Assembly (NCBI GenBank): GCA_963705305.1
Contig: OY970067.1
Coordinates: 4,128,001-4,192,000 of the forward strand
DNA: 64,000 nt
Source of the DNA: an uncultured Methylomirabilota bacterium
GTDB taxonomy: Bacteria; Methylomirabilota; Methylomirabilia; Methylomirabilales; 2-02-FULL-66-22
Reading direction: 5' to 3'
The notes beneath the pieces are model-generated. The model did no database searches. It was not told the origin of the DNA and saw nothing but the letters and a program-made list of their open reading frames with translations. A program made the translations under genes and the position numbers. Positions 19,633-29,060 of this stretch are shown in pieces (position 1 is the stretch's first letter; the number at the start of each line of letters is the position of its first letter).

Positions 19633-20343
19633 TCAATGCATCCCGAGATAGGCCTGCTTGACCCGTGGATCCTCGCGCAGCTCGCCGGCCCGGCCCTCCA
19701 GGACGATCCGCCCCGTCTCAAGGACGTAGGCGCGATGGGCGATGGACAGGGCCATCAGAGCGTTCTGCTCCACTAGCAGGATGCTGGTTCCCTGGGAATT
19801 GATCTCTTGGATAATTCGAAAGATCTCTTCGACCAGGATGGGGCTCAAGCCCATGGAGGGCTCATCCAGCAAGAGGAGTGCGGGCTGGCACATCAACCCG
19901 CGGGCCGTCGCCAGCATCTGCTGCTCGCCGCCGGACAGCGTCCCGCCGAGCTGGTTCAGGCGTTCCCGCAGCCGGGGGAAGCTGGCGTAAACCCGCTCCA
20001 GCGTCTTCGCAATCTCCGCCGCGTTGCTGCGGGTGTAGGCGCCCATCTCCAGATTCTCGCGCACCGTGAGGGGGGCGAAGATCTTCCGGCCTTCGGGAAC
20101 CTGCCCGATGCCCATCCGGACAATCGCCTCGGCGGGGGTCATGGTGATGTCTCGCCCCTTGAACCAGATGGATCCGCGGCGCGGGCGCAGCAGGCCCGAA
20201 ATCGTGCGCAGGGTGGTCGACTTGCCCGCCCCGTTCGCCCCGATGAGCGTCACGATCTCCCCCTCGTTCACGCTGAATGAGATGCCTTGCAGGGCGTGGA
20301 TCGCGCCGTAGTAGACGTTCAGGTCCCGGACATCAAGCAGCAC
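19633..20343 (-). CDS. livF: Branched-chain amino acid ABC ATPase
   Basis: GANGAGKST, VPEGR, LSGGEQQM, DEPSMGL, VEQNA. Confidence 0.95.
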   Translation of the reverse strand: MLLDVRDLNVYYGAIHALQGISFSVNEGEIVTLIGANGAGKSTTLRTISGLLRPRRGSIWFKGRDITMTPAEAIVRMGIGQVPEGRKIFAPLTVRENLEMGAYTRSNAAEIAKTLERVYASFPRLRERLNQLGGTLSGGEQQMLATARGLMCQPALLLLDEPSMGLSPILVEEIFRIIQEINSQGTSILLVEQNALMALSIAHRAYVLETGRIVLEGRAGELREDPRVKQAYLGMH

Positions 20344-21118
20344 TGGCGGCCCCCTTGCCCAGATACGCCTCGATCACCCGGGGGTTGTCCTGGATCTCTT
20401 TGGGCGTGCCGCGGGCGATGACCTCGCCGAAGTCCATCACCGTGATGTGCTCGCAGATTCCCATCACGACCCGCATCTGGTGCTCGATCAGGAGAATGGT
20501 CAGGGAGAATCGGTCACGGATGAAATGGATCAGCTCCATCAGCCGCACGATCTCCATCGGATTCATCCCGGCGGCCGGCTCGTCCAGCAGGAGCAGCTGG
20601 GGGTTGCAGGCCAGCGCCCGCGCGATCTCCACCCGCCGCTGCTGGCCGTAGGGAAGATTCTTGGCCGTCTCGTTCTGGACCCGCTCCAGCTGGAAAATGG
20701 CCAGGAAGTCCCGGGCCCGCTCGGTGAGCTCGCGCTCCTTCACGTGGAACAGCCGGCGGCGCAGGACGGCGTCCAGCATCCCGTAGCCGGCGTGCGGGTG
20801 ATAGGCGATCCGCACGTTATCGAGGACCGTCAGGTTGGGAAAGAGGCGAATGTTCTGGAACGTCCGTCCGATCCCGAGCTGGGTGATCTCGAACGGCTCC
20901 AGGCCGACGATGCTGGTGCCCTGGAAGCGGATGTCGCCGGAGGTGGGCGCATACAGGCCGGAGATCATGTTGAAGGCGGTGGTCTTCCCGGCGCCGTTGG
21001 GTCCGATGAGACCCGCCATCTCGCCGGGCCGGATCGTCAGATCGAGCCCGTTCACGGCCCGCAGGCCGCCGAACTGCTTGAGCAGCTCCCGAATCTCGAG
21101 GGTGGGTCTTTCGTCCAT
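20333..21118 (-). CDS. livG: Branched-chain amino acid ABC ATPase
   Basis: GPNGAGKTT, RTFQNIRLF, LPYGQQR, DEPAAGMN. Confidence 0.95.
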   Translation of the reverse strand: MDERPTLEIRELLKQFGGLRAVNGLDLTIRPGEMAGLIGPNGAGKTTAFNMISGLYAPTSGDIRFQGTSIVGLEPFEITQLGIGRTFQNIRLFPNLTVLDNVRIAYHPHAGYGMLDAVLRRRLFHVKERELTERARDFLAIFQLERVQNETAKNLPYGQQRRVEIARALACNPQLLLLDEPAAGMNPMEIVRLMELIHFIRDRFSLTILLIEHQMRVVMGICEHITVMDFGEVIARGTPKEIQDNPRVIEAYLGKGAASAA

Positions 21119-21134
21119 TGCACGCCTTCCGGCT

Positions 21135-22508
21135 TCAGCTCTCGGGCTCGAGTCTTGGCTCGGGCAGCTTCTCGGCCGTCGCGGGCGCGCCGGTCTCGGG
21201 TGCGCGCAGGAACCCCCACTCTGTGTTTCCCAGCAGTCCCTGAGGCCGCAGCAGCATCATGAGGAGCAGCGCCATCGGGTAGAGCACGAAGCGCCAGGTC
21301 GGCGCCTCGGTTCCCAGTTGGCTCAGGAGAACGCGCAGTAATCCCTCCAGGAAGTACAGCCACCCGAACGAGGCCGCAATCGATCCCGTTATACTGCCCA
21401 GCCCGCCGAAGACCACGATAATCAAGGGGTTGAAGCTGACCAGAAAATCGAACGTTCCGGGACTCAGGAAACCGATGAAATGGGCATACACGCCGCCCCC
21501 GATGCCGGCGAAGAGGCTGCCCACCACGAAGGCCAGCAGCTTGTTGCTGGCCACGTCAATCCCCATGGCCTTGGCAGCCGTCTCGTCCTCGCGGACCGAC
21601 ACGATGGCCCGGCCCGTGCTGGAGTGTATGAGGTTCCGCATGACGACTGTGACGAGCAGCAGGAAGAAGAATGCCCAAAACCATGTGGTGAACTTCGGGA
21701 TGCCGATCATGCCCCGGCCGCCCTTCATCTCCGGGAAGGGCAGGATGGTGTCGGAATTGATCATCAGCGTGTTGACGACAATGACAAACCCCAAGGTGGC
21801 GATCCCGAAATAGTCGCTTCCCAGGGTCAGGACCGGCAGGCCGAAAAGGAAGCTGATCTCGGCGGCGAACGCGCCGGCGACCAGCACCGCCAGGAAAAAG
21901 ACCGCCTGGAGCGCCGGTCCGCTGTTCAGGAGGCCGGGGTGCTGGATGGTGCCGAGCCAGGGGGTCAGGAGCGGGTTGAGCGCATCGCCGACGAACACCG
22001 CCACGGTTCCGGCGGCCAGGCTGGCGATGAGGTACAGGGTAAAAGCGGACAGCACCGGCACCCCCTGATAGCGCCGGAGAAAGCGATACACCATCACAAG
22101 CGCCAGCCCGCCCAGCACCACGCCGCTGCCGAGGACCACGAGCCCACGGGCATCCCCGTTGGTCCATCGATAGGTGATGTCGGCGGAGGCGTAGGCGCCG
22201 ATCCCGTAGAATCCCCACTGCCCCAGGCTGAACTGGCCGTTGAAGCCGTAGATCAGGTTCAAGCCCAGGACCACCATGGCCATGCTGCAGGCCTCGAACA
22301 ACAGGCCGGCGTCGAAATCGCTGAGGATCTGGAAGCCGCCGAAGTTGGCCGATAAGGCGATCTGGACGACCCCGAAGGCGGCCAGGGCGCCGCTCACCTT
22401 GATCCAGCGCGAGTCCTGCCCGAGCGCCCACAACAGGCCGTAGATCCACGCTAGAATGGCGACAATCTTGAAGATGCTGACCAGCAGGAAGCCGAGGTTG
22501 ACGCCCAC
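21135..22508 (-). CDS. livM: Branched-chain amino acid ABC permease
   Basis: GFNGQFSLG, DYFGIATLGF, SVREDETAA, GGLGSITG. Confidence 0.9.
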   Translation of the reverse strand: MGVNLGFLLVSIFKIVAILAWIYGLLWALGQDSRWIKVSGALAAFGVVQIALSANFGGFQILSDFDAGLLFEACSMAMVVLGLNLIYGFNGQFSLGQWGFYGIGAYASADITYRWTNGDARGLVVLGSGVVLGGLALVMVYRFLRRYQGVPVLSAFTLYLIASLAAGTVAVFVGDALNPLLTPWLGTIQHPGLLNSGPALQAVFFLAVLVAGAFAAEISFLFGLPVLTLGSDYFGIATLGFVIVVNTLMINSDTILPFPEMKGGRGMIGIPKFTTWFWAFFFLLLVTVVMRNLIHSSTGRAIVSVREDETAAKAMGIDVASNKLLAFVVGSLFAGIGGGVYAHFIGFLSPGTFDFLVSFNPLIIVVFGGLGSITGSIAASFGWLYFLEGLLRVLLSQLGTEAPTWRFVLYPMALLLMMLLRPQGLLGNTEWGFLRAPETGAPATAEKLPEPRLEPES

Positions 22509-22518
22509 GCGCCGCCTC

Positions 22519-23646
22519 CTACGCTTTTTCCCCTTCGGGCTCGCCGAAGATGCCGGTCGGGCGCACGAGGAGCACGATGATCAAGATCGTGAAGGCCACC
22601 GCGTCGCGCATGGGAGTTGAGACGTAGCCCATCGTCAAGGCTTCGGCCTGGCCCATGATGAGCCCGCCGACAAAGGCCCCAGGGATGCTCCCGATCCCTC
22701 CCAGCACCGCCGCCACGAACGCCTTGAGGCCGGGGAGGATGCCCAGCTGGGACCAGATGGACGAGTAGGCGATGGCGTACAGAACCCCACCCAGGCCGGC
22801 AAAAGCCGAGCCGACCGCAAAGGTGAAGGAGATGACGCGATCCACGTTGATGCCCATGAGTCGGGCCGCCGGCTTGTCGAAGGCGGACGCCCGCATGGCC
22901 TTGCCCATTTTGGTCCGGCGCACCAGGAACTGGAGCAGGATCTGCATGAGGACCGATGCCGCCACGATGATGAGGAAGATGTTCGAAAACGTGATGCTGC
23001 CGTCCGGCGGGGCCTTTCCCGCGGTCACCAGGTGCACGCCGTCCTTGATGTACCAGGTGACCACGTCGAAGGGCCGCTGGTAGGGGATGAAGCGCGGGGT
23101 GAACACGAAGCTCAGCGCGCCGAAGAACTCCAGGAAGAACGAGACCCCGATGGCGGTGATGAGGGCGGCGATGCGCGGGGCATTCCGCAGCGGCTTGTAA
23201 GCGACCCGCTCGATCGTCACCGCCAGCACCGTGCAGACGACCATGGAAAGCAGCATGACGGTTAATGAGCCGATCACCACCACCCAGCCGCGCCAGAGGC
23301 CCGGGAAAAACACCGCCGGCCAGACGTGGAGCTGGAAGCGCGTGACCGCATAGAAGCTGACAAACGCCCCCACCATGAACACGTCGCCGTGGGCGAAGTT
23401 GATGAGCTTGACGATCCCGTACACCATGGTATAGCCCAGCGCGATGAGGGCGTACACGAACCCCAACTGCAGTCCGCTGAGGATGAACTGGACGAAGAGC
23501 GGCGGGTCCTGGTACAGGTTGCGGCCGAGGATATAGACGGCCCACACCGCCAGAAGCAGGAGGAAGCTCTGGCCGATCCACGCCAGGTGTGCTCCGGACC
23601 GGCGGACCGCGGGCAAGCGCCGCTCTGGTGTGACTGCGGGTTCCAT
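22519..23646 (-). CDS. livH: Branched-chain amino acid ABC permease
   Basis: YALIALGYTMVYGIVKLINFAHGD, AAVLGGIGS. Confidence 0.93.
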   Translation of the reverse strand: MEPAVTPERRLPAVRRSGAHLAWIGQSFLLLLAVWAVYILGRNLYQDPPLFVQFILSGLQLGFVYALIALGYTMVYGIVKLINFAHGDVFMVGAFVSFYAVTRFQLHVWPAVFFPGLWRGWVVVIGSLTVMLLSMVVCTVLAVTIERVAYKPLRNAPRIAALITAIGVSFFLEFFGALSFVFTPRFIPYQRPFDVVTWYIKDGVHLVTAGKAPPDGSITFSNIFLIIVAASVLMQILLQFLVRRTKMGKAMRASAFDKPAARLMGINVDRVISFTFAVGSAFAGLGGVLYAIAYSSIWSQLGILPGLKAFVAAVLGGIGSIPGAFVGGLIMGQAEALTMGYVSTPMRDAVAFTILIIVLLVRPTGIFGEPEGEKA

Positions 23647-23736
23647 TCGGGTGATTCCTCGCCAGAAGATTGGAAGGGGGCGCGCCAGGAGGGCGCCTGC
23701 GCGCCCTCCTGGCGGGACTCCAACCGCTTCGCCGGG

Positions 23737-24888
23737 CTACGGGTTCACGGTAGAGTTGAACTGCACCTTGCCGTCCTTGATCTGCAGGATGGCGGCCGAC
23801 TTGATCGGGTTGTGGTTGGCATCGAAGGTGATCTTGCCGGACACCCCGTTGAACTGGATCTTGGCCAGGGCGTCCTTCACTTTGGCGGGATCGGCCGAGT
23901 TGGCTTCCTTGATGCCCTGCAGCAGCAGGTTGGTGGCGTCGTAGGCCAGGGTGGCCAGGGCATCTGGAACCTTGGGCTGCCCCTTGTCATCCTTGTACTT
24001 GGCCCCGTAGGCCTTGACGAAGTTCTGCACCTCGGGCCGCGGGTCGTCGGGCGAGTAGTGGTTGGTGAAGTACCCACCGTCTGCCGCCTTCAGGTCGAGA
24101 TCCGCCGAGTCCCAGCCATCGCCGCCCATGAAGGTGGCCGTGATGCCCTTCTCCTTGGCCTGCTTCACCGCCAAGTTGACGATGTTGTAATAGTCGGGCA
24201 GGTACACCACATCCGGCTTCGCAACGGCCACCTTGGCCAGGATGGCAGAAAAGTCGGTGTCCTTCGAGGTGTACGTCTCCTTGCCGACGATCTTGCCGCC
24301 CGCCGCCGCAAACTCCTTCTCGAACACCTCGGCCAGGCCCTTCACGTAGTCGTTGGACTGATCCAACATCACGAAGGCCGTCTTGGCCTTGAGGGTGTCG
24401 ATGGCGAATTTCGCGGCCACCTTGCCCTGGAAGGGATCGATGAAGCAGGCGCGGAAGATGTAATCCTTCACCTTCCCATCCTTGGTCACCGTCACGTCGG
24501 GGTTGGTGGAGGTGGGGCTGATCTGGATCACGCCCTTGCTGTTGGCGATCTCCGACACCGGGATGGAAGCCTTGGAGCAGACCTCTCCGATGATGAACTT
24601 CACCTTGTCCTGATCGATGACCTTGTTCGCGGCATTGACCGCCGGATCGGGCGTGCACTGGCTGTCCTCGACGACGGTCGAGACCTTCTTGTCCAGGACG
24701 CCGCCCTTGGCATTCCACTCTTCGATGGCCAGCAGTGCGCCGTCGCGCGTGGAGACGCCGAATGTCGGGACCGGCCCGGACAGCGGGGCCAGGATCGCCA
24801 CCTTGATCGTGTCGCTGCCACCGCTGCTGCACGCCGCGAGGATGATCGCGGAGAGCAGGGTGATGCCCGCCAACTTGAGACTGCGCAT
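23737..24888 (-). CDS. livK: Branched-chain amino acid-binding lipoprotein
   Basis: Lipobox LAAC; PLSG, FRACFIDPFQG, GGDGWD, YDA. Confidence 0.9.
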   Translation of the reverse strand: MRSLKLAGITLLSAIILAACSSGGSDTIKVAILAPLSGPVPTFGVSTRDGALLAIEEWNAKGGVLDKKVSTVVEDSQCTPDPAVNAANKVIDQDKVKFIIGEVCSKASIPVSEIANSKGVIQISPTSTNPDVTVTKDGKVKDYIFRACFIDPFQGKVAAKFAIDTLKAKTAFVMLDQSNDYVKGLAEVFEKEFAAAGGKIVGKETYTSKDTDFSAILAKVAVAKPDVVYLPDYYNIVNLAVKQAKEKGITATFMGGDGWDSADLDLKAADGGYFTNHYSPDDPRPEVQNFVKAYGAKYKDDKGQPKVPDALATLAYDATNLLLQGIKEANSADPAKVKDALAKIQFNGVSGKITFDANHNPIKSAAILQIKDGKVQFNSTVNP

Positions 24889-25169
24889 GGATGCATCTCC
24901 TCCTACAGGCAGATTTTGTTCCCCGAGCGAACGTTGCGGGACCCTCGGGTCCCAACGGCCAGCCGAACCTGGGAGGCCCTGTCCCGGTTCAGCTCATCGG
25001 CTGCGGGTGGGCGGAATCCCCCCTTTCGCGGGTGCAAACGAACATTTAGAACTGGAAAAAAACCAGAGGAATACCTCGAAACGTTCAAGTGATTTCTCAC
25101 ACTTTCCGACCGGTTGAAAGGATCAACCGGGGGGATCATGGCATGAATCTGTGTGACAATTGTCGTGCA

Positions 25170-25233
25170 CTTATATCCAAGGGAGGAATAAATGTCAAGC
25201 GACTTGACAGCGGTGGGCAGAGCCGCTTATAAC
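25170..25233. promoter_or_regulatory. Back-to-back divergent sigma70 promoters
   Basis: Minus strand: TTGACA(25198-25193)-17-TATAAG toward liv. Plus strand: TTGACA(25204-25209)-18-TATAAC. Confidence 0.6.
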
Positions 25234-25338
25234 CATGCCGGCACCGCCGACAGGAAGGCGCCGCGCCGGGGAGAAGCCGGTGTTACGGCGCGGAACTGGG
25301 TTCCGTCGGCGTCCCAGGAGTAGAGGAGAGCCTAGCCC

Positions 25339-25737
25339 ATGCGCCCTCACGCTATCGCGACTCGAAGCTTCATCATGGTGGCCTTGAGCCTTCAGATCGT
25401 GCCGCTGCTCCTGTTTCCGCTGGACACCTTTGCCCCCAATTCACAGGAATGGTGGCTGCCGGCCTTCCTGGCCATCCTGGTGGTCATTGCGGACGGCGAA
25501 CTCTTCCTGCGTCGAAGGCACCAGCCGTGGCCGTGGACCCTCATGATCTTTGCGCAGGGGTTCAATATCATCAGCCGGCTCATGATGCTCTGGCCGCATG
25601 CGACGAAGATCGTGAAGGGGACGACCGTGCTGGACGTCTCCTATGTTTCCCTGAGCCTGACGGCGATCTGCCTCTCCGCCCTTCTGATCTGGTACCTCGA
25701 GCTTCCCGAGATTCGACTAGGGCTGGCGCGAGACTAG
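25339..25737 (+). CDS. Hypothetical 4-TM membrane protein
   Basis: SD GAGGAG; four hydrophobic segments. Confidence 0.7.
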   Translation: MRPHAIATRSFIMVALSLQIVPLLLFPLDTFAPNSQEWWLPAFLAILVVIADGELFLRRRHQPWPWTLMIFAQGFNIISRLMMLWPHATKIVKGTTVLDVSYVSLSLTAICLSALLIWYLELPEIRLGLARD

Positions 25738-25997
25738 CAACGCGAGCCTGGACCCCGGCGACTGCTCAGCGGGCCCCCGGATCCATCCCCGTACTGAATG
25801 GTCCTCCTCCCGCAGGAACTCTCCTGTACGGGAAAACGCTTGTCAGAATTGCCCGGTCATGTATAGTGCCACCCGGATTGTCCGGGGGCAGAAACAGGAC
25901 GCCGACCGGCTGTCCGGCGGCGGCGTCATGCGCCCCGGCACGGACGGCCAGGCGGGGGATTCCGAGTGCGCCCATCGCGGAAAGTGCTGGCAAATCC

Positions 25998-26672
25998 ATG
26001 AGGCCCTGTCCGGTTTGCCGATCGCACCAACTGCATGCCTCTCATCGCCAGAGCTTTCTGGAGCGGCGGCTGTTGACCTGGATCTGGGTCTTCCCGTTCC
26101 GCTGCGGCCAGTGCCAGACCCGCTTCTACCGGCTCCACCTGGCGGACCCACGACGCTGGCGAAAGGCGGACGTCGTCTCCGTGACGGATCGGGAGCGGCC
26201 CCCTCGCTGGGAAATGCTGTCCCCGGTTCGGGCGGTACTCGACGACGGAGGCAAGAAGATCTCCCTGGAGGGACAGCTGGAGAATGCCAGTCTGGGCGGC
26301 ACCCGGCTGCTGCTTCCCCGGTTGTTGCCAGAAGAGAGCCAGGTGGAAATCACCTGGGGGAGAGTGACGATCAAAGGCCAGGTGCGCTGGCACGAGGACA
26401 GCAGCGCCCCCCCCTTTGTCCATGGCATTCAGTTCGATCTGCCGCTTTCGCAGCACGCGCCACCGGCCCGGCCGCTGCTCAAGCTGCGGCTGATCAGGCT
26501 GACGCGGCGGGTGCTCATCTCGCTGATCAGCCTGCTCCTCATCGCCGCAGCCACCTACGGATTGGTGGCGCTAATGGGATCCTTTCAGGGGTACAGTCCC
26601 AACTACTACGAGCCGAAGGACATCGAGAGGCAGGATTTCCTGCAGCGGATCCTGAACAGCATCAAGCGCTGA
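25998..26672 (+). CDS. Zn-ribbon + PilZ + TM protein
   Basis: CPVC...FRCGQC; RxxxR (RERPPR) and NASLGG PilZ motifs, GQVRW, GIQF; C-terminal TM. Confidence 0.75.
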   Translation: MRPCPVCRSHQLHASHRQSFLERRLLTWIWVFPFRCGQCQTRFYRLHLADPRRWRKADVVSVTDRERPPRWEMLSPVRAVLDDGGKKISLEGQLENASLGGTRLLLPRLLPEESQVEITWGRVTIKGQVRWHEDSSAPPFVHGIQFDLPLSQHAPPARPLLKLRLIRLTRRVLISLISLLLIAAATYGLVALMGSFQGYSPNYYEPKDIERQDFLQRILNSIKR

Positions 26673-26734
26673 AAGGGCATCCCTCGTCGGCCCCCGCCTG
26701 GCAGAGCCTCATCATCGGACCGACAACGCGAGGC

Positions 26735-26763
26735 TTGACACCTCTCCCGGGCTTTTCTATGAT
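26735..26763 (+). promoter_or_regulatory. sigma70 promoter of the tRNA gene
   Basis: TTGACA-17 bp-TATGAT. Confidence 0.75.
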
Positions 26764-26816
26764 GCCCGGTGTGTTCGTTCGGACCGCCCCCTGATGCCGG
26801 GCGGTGTCCTCGTCAT

Positions 26817-26892
26817 GGCGGCGTAGCTCAGTTGGCAGAGCGGGGGTCTCATAAGCCCTATGTCGGTGGTTCGACTCCACCCGCCGCCACCA
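26817..26892 (+). tRNA. tRNA-Met (CAT), probably elongator
   Basis: 76-nt cloverleaf; GGCGGCG/CGCCGCC acceptor stem, CTCATAA anticodon loop, GTTCGA T loop, encoded CCA. Confidence 0.93.
26848..26892 (+). repeat. attL core (tRNA 3' half)
   Basis: CTCATAAGCCCTATGTCGGTGGTTCGACTCCACCCGCCGCCACCA; 44/45 identical to 40730-40774. Confidence 0.92.
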
Positions 26893-26914
26893 CAGTATCA
26901 ACAACTTACACGCC

Positions 26915-28197
26915 TCAATCATTCCGGCTTTCCTCCAACGTGCCCGTGATTTTCCGGGCGGCCTCCTGGAGGTCGGCCTGGCTGACGATGTGGTAGCGGT
27001 CGAACACGCTGCGCGTCTTGTGCCCGGTCACAGCCATAGCCACCCGCTCGGGCACTCCCCGGTTGACCATGTTCCGGACGGCCGTGCGCCGGAAGTCATG
27101 GCGGAGCATCTTCAACAGCCCCGGCTTCTCACCCTTCGCCGCGGCCTGCTCCAATTCCGCCTTGCGGATCTCCCGCGCCGGGCCCTCCAGACTCTCCAGG
27201 TCAAGGGTGGCCTCCAGGCAGGCGAGGGCCCACGCCTTCCGAAAGTCGTTGATGCGCTGCCCCTGGTGGCGCCCGCTGAGGTTCGGGAAGAGGTAGGGGA
27301 CGCGCTGGCTCGTTCGCATTTCGAGAATCTGAATCCGCTCCTCTTGGGCCTGGAGCAGTTGCACCAGTTCGGGGGTGAGGTACACGAGGCGCCCCTCAGT
27401 GTTCTTGGTGGTTCCCGGGTCCAGCCGGAGGGTACAGGCCGAAAGGTTCACTTGCTCGCGCGTGAGGGTCAGGACTTCGCTCTGCATCCGCCAGCCGAGG
27501 GCGTAGGCGAGGCTGACCGCGACTTGGAGGTCAGGGCGGAGGTGGCGCTTCACGGCCTCGAATTGCCCCCGCTCGAAAAATCCCGACCGCGGGGCGGCCT
27601 CTTTCAGCTTCCGGAGGATCGGGAGGCGAATCAATTTTCCGTTTTCCACGGCCAGCTTGAGCATCCGCCCCAAGACGGCGATCTCCCGGTTGACGGTCCC
27701 GTTCGCCGCGTCCTCTGCCTTCCGCTCCGCGGTGTACTTGGCCACGTCGGCTGCCCCGATGCTGACAAGGCGCCGATTCGTGAAGAAGCGGGCCAGGTGG
27801 CGGAGGCGCTTCTCCGCGTCCTGAAGGTTGCGCTTTCCCGTCGTCTGATAGTAGGTGCGAAGGTCGCGCGCGGCGTCCTCGTACAGGATCCGATTGAGGC
27901 GGGGAAGAATAGGCTGGCCCGTGACGGCCTTCCCCTCCTGGTCCTTCAAGAACCGCCGGGCCTCGGTCTCTTTCTCGGTCTCGGTGCTCTCGCGCGTCGC
28001 CTTCCCGTTCACGTAATACTTGACCCACCACACCTTCCCGAACCGGGCCCCGCAGCCGGGGCACACGTCGGCCCGACCGTGGGCGGGGTGGTGGCACTTC
28101 CCGTCATCCTCCGGCCCCGGCTCAAGGACAGGTCTTCGGGGGTCAGCGTGAAGTCCGGTTGCTTCCCCTTGAGCATCGGCCGGTACAGGTAGCCCAT
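26915..28197 (-). CDS. Tyrosine integrase (apparent frameshift near the N-terminus)
   Basis: GWR, TTKN, HDFRR, GH and DRY catalytic residues; VWWVKYY arm domain. The SD-preceded ATG 28197 (MGYLYRP) is in a different frame from the body. Confidence 0.9.
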
Positions 28198-28268
28198 CCC
28201 TCACCCCTCCTTTACGCCGGGCCCCCGGCCAGGTCCCGCCGGCGCGGGGGCGCATTCCTAATGGCATT

Positions 28269-28454
28269 CTACTCTGTATCTTCTACGTTCAGGATGGGCT
28301 TAGGAGTACCCATGCCCATGGGAACCCAGTACCGCTTGCTCTGATGCCACGCGAACACCTTGCCCTTGTTCGTCAATCCGTATAGGGTCCCATTTGGTCC
28401 CACGGCGATCATCTTGAAGGTCAATTGCTCCAGTCTGCGCTTTCCTTTTTGCAT
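28269..28454 (-). CDS. Small hypothetical protein
   Basis: SD GGAGG; 61 aa, beta-rich. Confidence 0.55.
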   Translation of the reverse strand: MQKGKRRLEQLTFKMIAVGPNGTLYGLTNKGKVFAWHQSKRYWVPMGMGTPKPILNVEDTE

Positions 28455-28513
28455 CGCATCCTCCCTTCGGTCGGTGCCTACGCCACCAGCTCCCCCACCG
28501 TCACCCGGAGCGC

Positions 28514-28756
28514 CTATTTCAGCTCTTCGATCTTTTTCCGCAATTTGGCGAGGGCCTCTAGTCGAGGGTCTGTCGCCTCTTCCACCATGAACGCGGCCTC
28601 AACCGTCTTCACTGCCTGTTCGATCTCATCGGCAGTGATGACGCCTTTCTCCAGGAGCAGATACTTGAGCGCCTCGAATTGTCGGGCATACTGCAGGGCA
28701 AATCGCTCGATCTCCGACACGTAGGCGATAACTGCATCCCGCTCTTCCGGTGTCAT
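28514..28756 (-). CDS. Small hypothetical protein
   Basis: 80 aa helical (LLLEKGVITADE); start next to the XRE stop. Confidence 0.6.
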   Translation of the reverse strand: MTPEERDAVIAYVSEIERFALQYARQFEALKYLLLEKGVITADEIEQAVKTVEAAFMVEEATDPRLEALAKLRKKIEELK

Positions 28757-28959
28757 TCTAATAACCTCCCCGCCTTCACCTTGAGGGCCTTGGCGAGGGC
28801 CTTCAATACCTCAAGGGAGGGGTTCGCCTTGGCCCCGCTCTCCAGCATCGTAATGTACTCCCGGGTAACGCCCGCTCGCTCTGCGAGTTGCGCTTGCGTC
28901 ATCCCTTTTTCTTCCCGGAGCTGTTTCAGCATGTCGGGGAGCCTCTTCTTGCGTCTCAT
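28753..28959 (-). CDS. XRE-family HTH regulator
   Basis: LREEKGMTQAQLAERAGVTREYITMLESG..NPSLEVL..LAKAL. Confidence 0.9.
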   Translation of the reverse strand: MRRKKRLPDMLKQLREEKGMTQAQLAERAGVTREYITMLESGAKANPSLEVLKALAKALKVKAGRLLE

Positions 28960-28961
28960 AT

Positions 28962-28990
28962 AATGTAACCTCTGGTTACCTACTTGTCAA
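28962..28990 (-). promoter_or_regulatory. sigma70 promoter with palindromic operator upstream of the XRE gene
   Basis: TTGACA-17-TACATT on the minus strand; GTAACC-tct-GGTTAC at 28965-28979. Confidence 0.7.
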
Positions 28991-29060
28991 GAGGGATTCT
29001 GGCGGCCGATCAAGATTACCGCTCAGATTCCCCCGTCAGGCAAGAGCTGCCCCACGGATT

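Noticed and set aside
26817..26892. Initiator tRNA-fMet or tRNA-Ile2
   Set aside because: G1-C72 is paired, unlike fMet, and the GGCGG acceptor stem fits elongator Met better. Ile2 cannot be fully excluded without tRNAscan-SE.
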